This document shows positions 58,078 through 64,000 of a stretch of 64,000 nt of DNA, piece by piece (position 1 is the stretch's first letter; every line of letters starts with the position of its first letter). The DNA is from a bacterium (GTDB lineage Bacteria; Patescibacteriota; Minisyncoccia; UBA6257; WO2-44-18), in the NCBI GenBank assembly GCA_030689595.1, contig JAUYHP010000001.1:15628-79627 (forward strand), read 5' to 3'. The notes beneath the pieces are model-generated. The model ran no database searches. It had not been told where the DNA came from and saw nothing but the letters and a program-made list of their open reading frames with translations. Both the position numbers and the translations under genes were made by a program.

Positions 58078-58761
58078 ATGGAACAAAAACTAGTAATTTT
58101 TGCTACCAGAGAAAAGGAGGCCGGCATTGACCTGATAAAATCAGCTGGCTTTGAGTTGGTAGAAGGCGACCCAAATATAGTCATGACTTATGGCGGCGAT
58201 GGTACCCTGATGAGAGCTGAACACAAATTTCCAGACGTGCCCAAACTAGTCTTGCGCGCCAGTCTTATTTGCAAAAAATGTTCCCCATATTCCAATGAAG
58301 AGGTCTTAAAGCTGTTTAAGGATGGGAAGTATGTTGTCGAAGAGCTGCAAAAATTGGAAGCTCATGTTAATAACAAGGCCATAATTGGGCTGAACGACAT
58401 CAATATACACAACGCTGATCCGCGCCATGCAGTGCGCTATCGTTACGCCATCAATGGCGTGGAGCAAGCTCAAGATGTAATCGGCGATGGTGCTGTTTTT
58501 GCTACCCCATTTGGGTCATCGGGCTATTATCGAAGCATCACCAAGAGCACATTTGAGAGGGGCATTGGCATGGCCTTTAATAACAGTACGGAGCCATTTG
58601 ATCATATGGCTTTGGGCGAGGAAGCTTTAATCAAAATAACGATAACTCGTGGTCCAGCGATCGTTTTTGCAGACAATCAATCTGATCATATATTATTGAA
58701 AGATGGCGATGTTGTTCAGATTAAAAAATCTTCGTCGGTGGCCAAGATTTTAAAATTTTAA
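58078..58761 (+). CDS. NAD(+) kinase
   Basis: GGDGTLM motif, NDINI, and the DG...FATPFGSSGYYRS substrate-binding region. Confidence 0.8.
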   Translation: MEQKLVIFATREKEAGIDLIKSAGFELVEGDPNIVMTYGGDGTLMRAEHKFPDVPKLVLRASLICKKCSPYSNEEVLKLFKDGKYVVEELQKLEAHVNNKAIIGLNDINIHNADPRHAVRYRYAINGVEQAQDVIGDGAVFATPFGSSGYYRSITKSTFERGIGMAFNNSTEPFDHMALGEEALIKITITRGPAIVFADNQSDHILLKDGDVVQIKKSSSVAKILKF

Positions 58762-58861
58762 TTAGACCCCCCGATATTTTTTGGGAAAATTACGCCAGCA
58801 ATATTGCTGGCGTTTTTATATAATTACACAAAAGCCCAAATAACATTTATAATGGATAGGT

Positions 58862-59908
58862 ATGCAATTAACATTCTTAATCCTTATTTTGGCAGCTATT
58901 CTTTTGGGATTCGTAGTTATGTTCGTGTTTATTAAAAAACAGACTGATCAGAAACCCTCCGACAACCAGTCATTGACTTTATTGCAGGGCCAGATTAACG
59001 AACTGGCGCGCGTTTTAGATTCTAAGATGGGGGAATCCACTAAGGCCATCCAAGAACAATTTGGTCATAGCCACCGAATTATAATGGATGTGACCGAAAA
59101 GCTGGTGCGCCTTGACGAGACCAATAAACAGGTTGTTGGTTTTGCTGATCAACTTAAAAATCTGCAGGATATTTTAAAAAATCCCAAACAGCGTGGCATA
59201 TTGGGCGAATATTATTTGGAAACCGTTCTTAAAAATGTTTTACCGCCTAGCTCGTACCAGATGCAGTATGCCTTTAGTGATGGGGTGATAGTTGATGCAG
59301 CTGTTTTCGTAGATAAAAGAGTTATTCCCATAGATTCAAAATTTAGCTTAGAAAATTATAACCGTATTCTAGAGGCTCGTGACCCGGTTGAAAAAAAAAG
59401 ATATGAGAGTGCTTTAGTCGCTGACATCAAAACCCGCATCGACGAAACCTCAAAATATGTTAAGCCAGAGGAAAACACGATGGACTTTGCTTTCATGTTC
59501 ATACCTTCTGAGGCCATCTATTATGATTTGTTGATAAATAAAGTTGGTGCCGTAACTGATGACACTAAAAATCTTATTAACTATGCCGGTCAAAAGAGGG
59601 TAATTATTGTTTCGCCGACATCATTTCTAGCTTATCTGCAAACTGTTTTGCAGGGGTTGCGCAATCAGCGCATTTCGGAGCAAGCCAAAGAAATTATCAA
59701 GCAAGTAGAAAATTTGGGGAAACATCTAGGTAGTTACGAGGGGTACATGAACAAGTTGGGTAAAAATCTAGGCACCACTGTTAGTATGTATAATCATGCC
59801 TACAAAGAGTTTGGCAAAATCGATAAAGATGTTTTGCGCATTACCGGTGAAGCCGTGGGTGTAGAAGTTCAACAATTGGAAAAGCCAGAAAGTGAGGCTA
59901 TAGAATAG
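58862..59908 (+). CDS. rmuC: DNA recombination protein RmuC
   Basis: N-terminal TM helix, a coiled-coil, and the conserved C-terminal region (MDFAFMFIPSEAIYYDL). Confidence 0.75.
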   Translation: MQLTFLILILAAILLGFVVMFVFIKKQTDQKPSDNQSLTLLQGQINELARVLDSKMGESTKAIQEQFGHSHRIIMDVTEKLVRLDETNKQVVGFADQLKNLQDILKNPKQRGILGEYYLETVLKNVLPPSSYQMQYAFSDGVIVDAAVFVDKRVIPIDSKFSLENYNRILEARDPVEKKRYESALVADIKTRIDETSKYVKPEENTMDFAFMFIPSEAIYYDLLINKVGAVTDDTKNLINYAGQKRVIIVSPTSFLAYLQTVLQGLRNQRISEQAKEIIKQVENLGKHLGSYEGYMNKLGKNLGTTVSMYNHAYKEFGKIDKDVLRITGEAVGVEVQQLEKPESEAIE

Positions 59909-59913
59909 TTGCC

Positions 59914-60609
59914 ATGAAAGAAGTCGTCCTTGAATTACGTCAGCAACAAGTCCTTTATGATAAAAAATGGCTCAAGCTTTTAAAACGCACTTGGGTATTT
60001 CGTCATTTGCCATTTGTGGAGTTTGTGTTGGCCGCCGGATCGTTGGCGACCGGTAATGTGAACTCAAATTCCGACTTCGATGTAATTATAAATGCTCGTT
60101 ACGGTAGAATTTTTACTGCACGCGCCTTCGCGGTTCTATTGCTGGGACTTTTGGGTTGGCGACGCAGAAAGCTTAGCCACAAAGAAGCGGCAGCTGACAA
60201 AATTTGTCTTAATCATTTTGTGACAGATAAATCTTTAGGATTGGCACCGCCATACAATGCCTATTGGAAGAATCTTTATAAAAATTTAATTCCGGTTTAT
60301 GGCGATCAAAAATCTGTACAGATTTTTTGGGATGCTAATGAGCCATGGCTTGGAGAGGCCGTACTCTATAAGAATGACTTGAGGCATAAATATACTGGCA
60401 GTAGTAGCTTGGTGAAGCGAGCGCTTGAGTCATTGTTGCGCGGAAGTTTGGGGAATGGCTTTGAAAATATTTTGAAAACTATTCAGATTAATAAGATTGA
60501 GATGGGCCTCAAGCTAGACACGCCGGGTTATATGCCGCGCATAATTTATAGCGATGCAGAATTAGAATTTCATCCTGATACTTATCGAACAACGCTATTG
60601 CAAAAGTAG
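59914..60609 (+). CDS. minimal nucleotidyltransferase (Pol-beta superfamily) domain protein
   Basis: LAAGSLATGNVNSNSDFDVI matches GS...(9-11 aa)...DxD. Confidence 0.5.
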   Translation: MKEVVLELRQQQVLYDKKWLKLLKRTWVFRHLPFVEFVLAAGSLATGNVNSNSDFDVIINARYGRIFTARAFAVLLLGLLGWRRRKLSHKEAAADKICLNHFVTDKSLGLAPPYNAYWKNLYKNLIPVYGDQKSVQIFWDANEPWLGEAVLYKNDLRHKYTGSSSLVKRALESLLRGSLGNGFENILKTIQINKIEMGLKLDTPGYMPRIIYSDAELEFHPDTYRTTLLQK

Positions 60610-60668
60610 ATAATCGGAAGTAATCTTATCTTAGTTATTTAATAAAACAGCCCACAAAAGGAGCTGGC

Positions 60669-61115
60669 GTGCGTTATAAGAAGCAAAATGATAAACGCCG
60701 CAAAAGACAGAGAAAACGACAGCAAAAAAAGTTTTTCAATTCTGCGGAATCAGCTGTGGTGTGGGTTTGTGAAAAATGGCTCAACGAGGGCAAAATCTTA
60801 CAATATATTCATGCTCGGCCTAGTGGAGAATTAGACAGAAGGGGAGTGGACGTTTTAATCTTTTTAAATAGCACCGCACCAGTCGCCGTCCAAATTACAT
60901 TCAAGATCAGCGACAAGCAGATAAAAGACAAGCGGGACCGGCATTTTAAAAAATATCCCTTTGTGCCCGGTTTCCTGGTGGTTGAAAATGTTCCGCTAAA
61001 CCAGCATGTAGCTAAGAATCAGGTTATTTATGACAAGATAGAACAGGATCTTATTGATATCATAGCTCAATTAACTTATGTTCCGAGGGAGGACATAAAT
61101 AAACTAAAATCATAA
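60669..61115 (+). CDS. hypothetical protein with a highly basic N-terminus
   Basis: MRYKKQNDKRRKRQRKRQQKK... 148 aa. No family recognised. Confidence 0.4.
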   Translation: MRYKKQNDKRRKRQRKRQQKKFFNSAESAVVWVCEKWLNEGKILQYIHARPSGELDRRGVDVLIFLNSTAPVAVQITFKISDKQIKDKRDRHFKKYPFVPGFLVVENVPLNQHVAKNQVIYDKIEQDLIDIIAQLTYVPREDINKLKS

Positions 61116-61120
61116 TTATC

Positions 61121-61149
61121 AACCACCCAGAATATTTGGGTGGTTTTAT
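61121..61149 (+). terminator. Intrinsic terminator.
   Basis: AACCACCCAgaatatTTGGGTGGTT-ttat. Confidence 0.7.
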
Positions 61150-61213
61150 CTTCTGGGTTTATATTGCGGGTTGGGGGAGTTGACAGGTGTAGCTTTTTTT
61201 AATAGACTAACTT

Positions 61214-61240
61214 TTAGCACTCTTAGGTCGGGAGTGCTAA
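61214..61240 (+). promoter_or_regulatory. CIRCE element (HrcA operator) upstream of groES.
   Basis: Perfect TTAGCACTC-N9-GAGTGCTAA. It is preceded by TTGACA at 61180-61185, a 17-nt spacer and TAGACT. Confidence 0.9.
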
Positions 61241-61311
61241 ATCAAGCCAGTGGCTTGATCGCACGAACAACGTTGGCCGTTGTTTTAGTGCTAATATAAT
61301 AAAATCAACTT

Positions 61312-63266
<1,955 letters not shown>

Positions 63267-63277
63267 AACATTGATAT

Positions 63278-63312
63278 GAAAAAGCGCCCCGATAAACGGG
63301 GCGCTTTGTATT
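63278..63312. terminator. Bidirectional intrinsic terminator.
   Basis: aaaa-GCGCCCCGataaaCGGGGCGC-tttg. Confidence 0.75.
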
Positions 63313-63965
63313 TAGTCATTAATTGCTTTGTCGTCACTAGTCATAATAGTTTGGGTACCACGCTTGGCATCCCAATCGTTTGGGTCTAAATCAACGTGTA
63401 GTGGCATTTCTGGGAAGGTTTTTTGTAGTTCGAGTGCAATCTGTTGCGCTCGCTGTCTTAAAGTAGGATGCACTGTCTTGCCAGTCCTTAGCTCTGTCAT
63501 GTATACGATCGCAGGTAAGCCGCCAGTAACTAGCATTGGCGCTTGGAAGCCCATAGCCAAATAGCACTGCTGGGTAATGGGGCTAGCAGGTAATTTATCA
63601 ATCAGCTCAGTTTGAGATGCAATAAGCCTCTCGGCCTTTTCTTTGAGTTCTGGAGTGAGCTGGTCTAAATACCAAGGATAGAATCCCCAAGTCGTGCGGA
63701 ATAATGGGAAGCGCACAATACAGGCGCGGTGACGCTGCAAATCTCGCCATGACCCACCATCAAGCATAAACGATACTCTGACCTGGCCAAGATCTTCCAT
63801 AAAACCAGGGAGCTCCATGTGTTTCGGTCGGCTTCTTAACAGTCCAATGCATAGAAGGTTCAATGAATCCATGTCTATAGAATGTTCAAATGTGAAATCC
63901 GAAGCCGAATCGGGATCGTAGTAATTTAAGAGATTAGCGATTTCCAAATAATCATCTTGAGCCAT
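63312..63965 (-). CDS. ThyX-like flavin-dependent thymidylate synthase. The assignment is tentative because the RHR motif is not followed by the usual Ser.
   Basis: 217 aa. It has LQRHRACIVRF and a C-terminal ...ELRTGKTVHPTLRQRAQQIA reminiscent of the ThyX dUMP-binding helices. Confidence 0.35.
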   Translation of the reverse strand: MAQDDYLEIANLLNYYDPDSASDFTFEHSIDMDSLNLLCIGLLRSRPKHMELPGFMEDLGQVRVSFMLDGGSWRDLQRHRACIVRFPLFRTTWGFYPWYLDQLTPELKEKAERLIASQTELIDKLPASPITQQCYLAMGFQAPMLVTGGLPAIVYMTELRTGKTVHPTLRQRAQQIALELQKTFPEMPLHVDLDPNDWDAKRGTQTIMTSDDKAIND

Positions 63966-64000
63966 TGATGGTTTGTGAGAAAACGAGCTTGGATAACGAC

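Overview
The window reads as a gene-dense (>90% coding), low-GC genome segment from a reduced bacterium, probably of the Candidate Phyla Radiation (Patescibacteria). That assignment is an inference from the gene content, which is listed below.

Housekeeping genes include RNase Y, HU, an ECF sigma factor with a putative anti-sigma factor, iPGM, a PGI/PMI-type SIS isomerase, thymidine kinase and a P-type ATPase. They also include NAD-dependent DNA ligase, GatC and GatA, MurD, the LemA/HtpX pair, TpiA, a cyclophilin-type PPIase, NAD kinase, RmuC, and GroES/GroEL behind a perfect CIRCE operator.

There are nine tRNA genes (Ala, Arg x2, Pro, Gly, Ser, Asp, initiator Met and elongator Met/Ile2) and one tRNA-like fragment.

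A complete type IV pilus/competence locus spans about 22.5-33.4 kb: comF, pilM/N/O, pilB, pilT, pilC, a major pilin, the prepilin peptidase and four minor pilins.

A 6-kb gene at 16546-22542 encodes a 1998-aa surface protein built from repeated LVIVD-like beta-propeller blades. It contains an internal tandem duplication of about 1.8 kb and ends in a PEP-rich tail.

The features most worth a second look are:
- A three-gene cassette at 43963-47385: an E1-like (ThiF/MoeB-fold) protein, a two-lobed nitroreductase-fold dehydrogenase and a 371-aa orphan protein. It sits between two sensor histidine kinases and a lone receiver. The E1-like/dehydrogenase pairing looks like RiPP azole or peptide-adenylation machinery, but I could find neither a YcaO domain nor a precursor peptide.
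- A perfect 22-bp inverted repeat with a 29-bp spacer sitting in-frame inside murD, about 20 codons longer than E. coli MurD at that position. This resembles a Rickettsia-palindromic-element (RPE)-like insertion.
- Two tandem units of about 105 bp upstream of gatCAB. Each has a 20-bp palindrome over promoter-like hexamers and ends in a terminator hairpin whose stem changes are compensatory between the two copies.
- A 19-nt motif that is nearly identical and sits precisely over the start codons of pilB and pilC.
- Two ORF pairs that fuse into plausible proteins by a 1-nt change in an A8 and a G5 homopolymer.
- An ArsR/SmtB-family regulator with a DsrE-like protein, a methyltransferase and a Met-rich SHOCT protein, behind a canonical sigma70-like promoter.

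No CRISPR array, rRNA, transposase or integrase was seen. All functional calls rest on motif-level recognition by eye. No database search was run.
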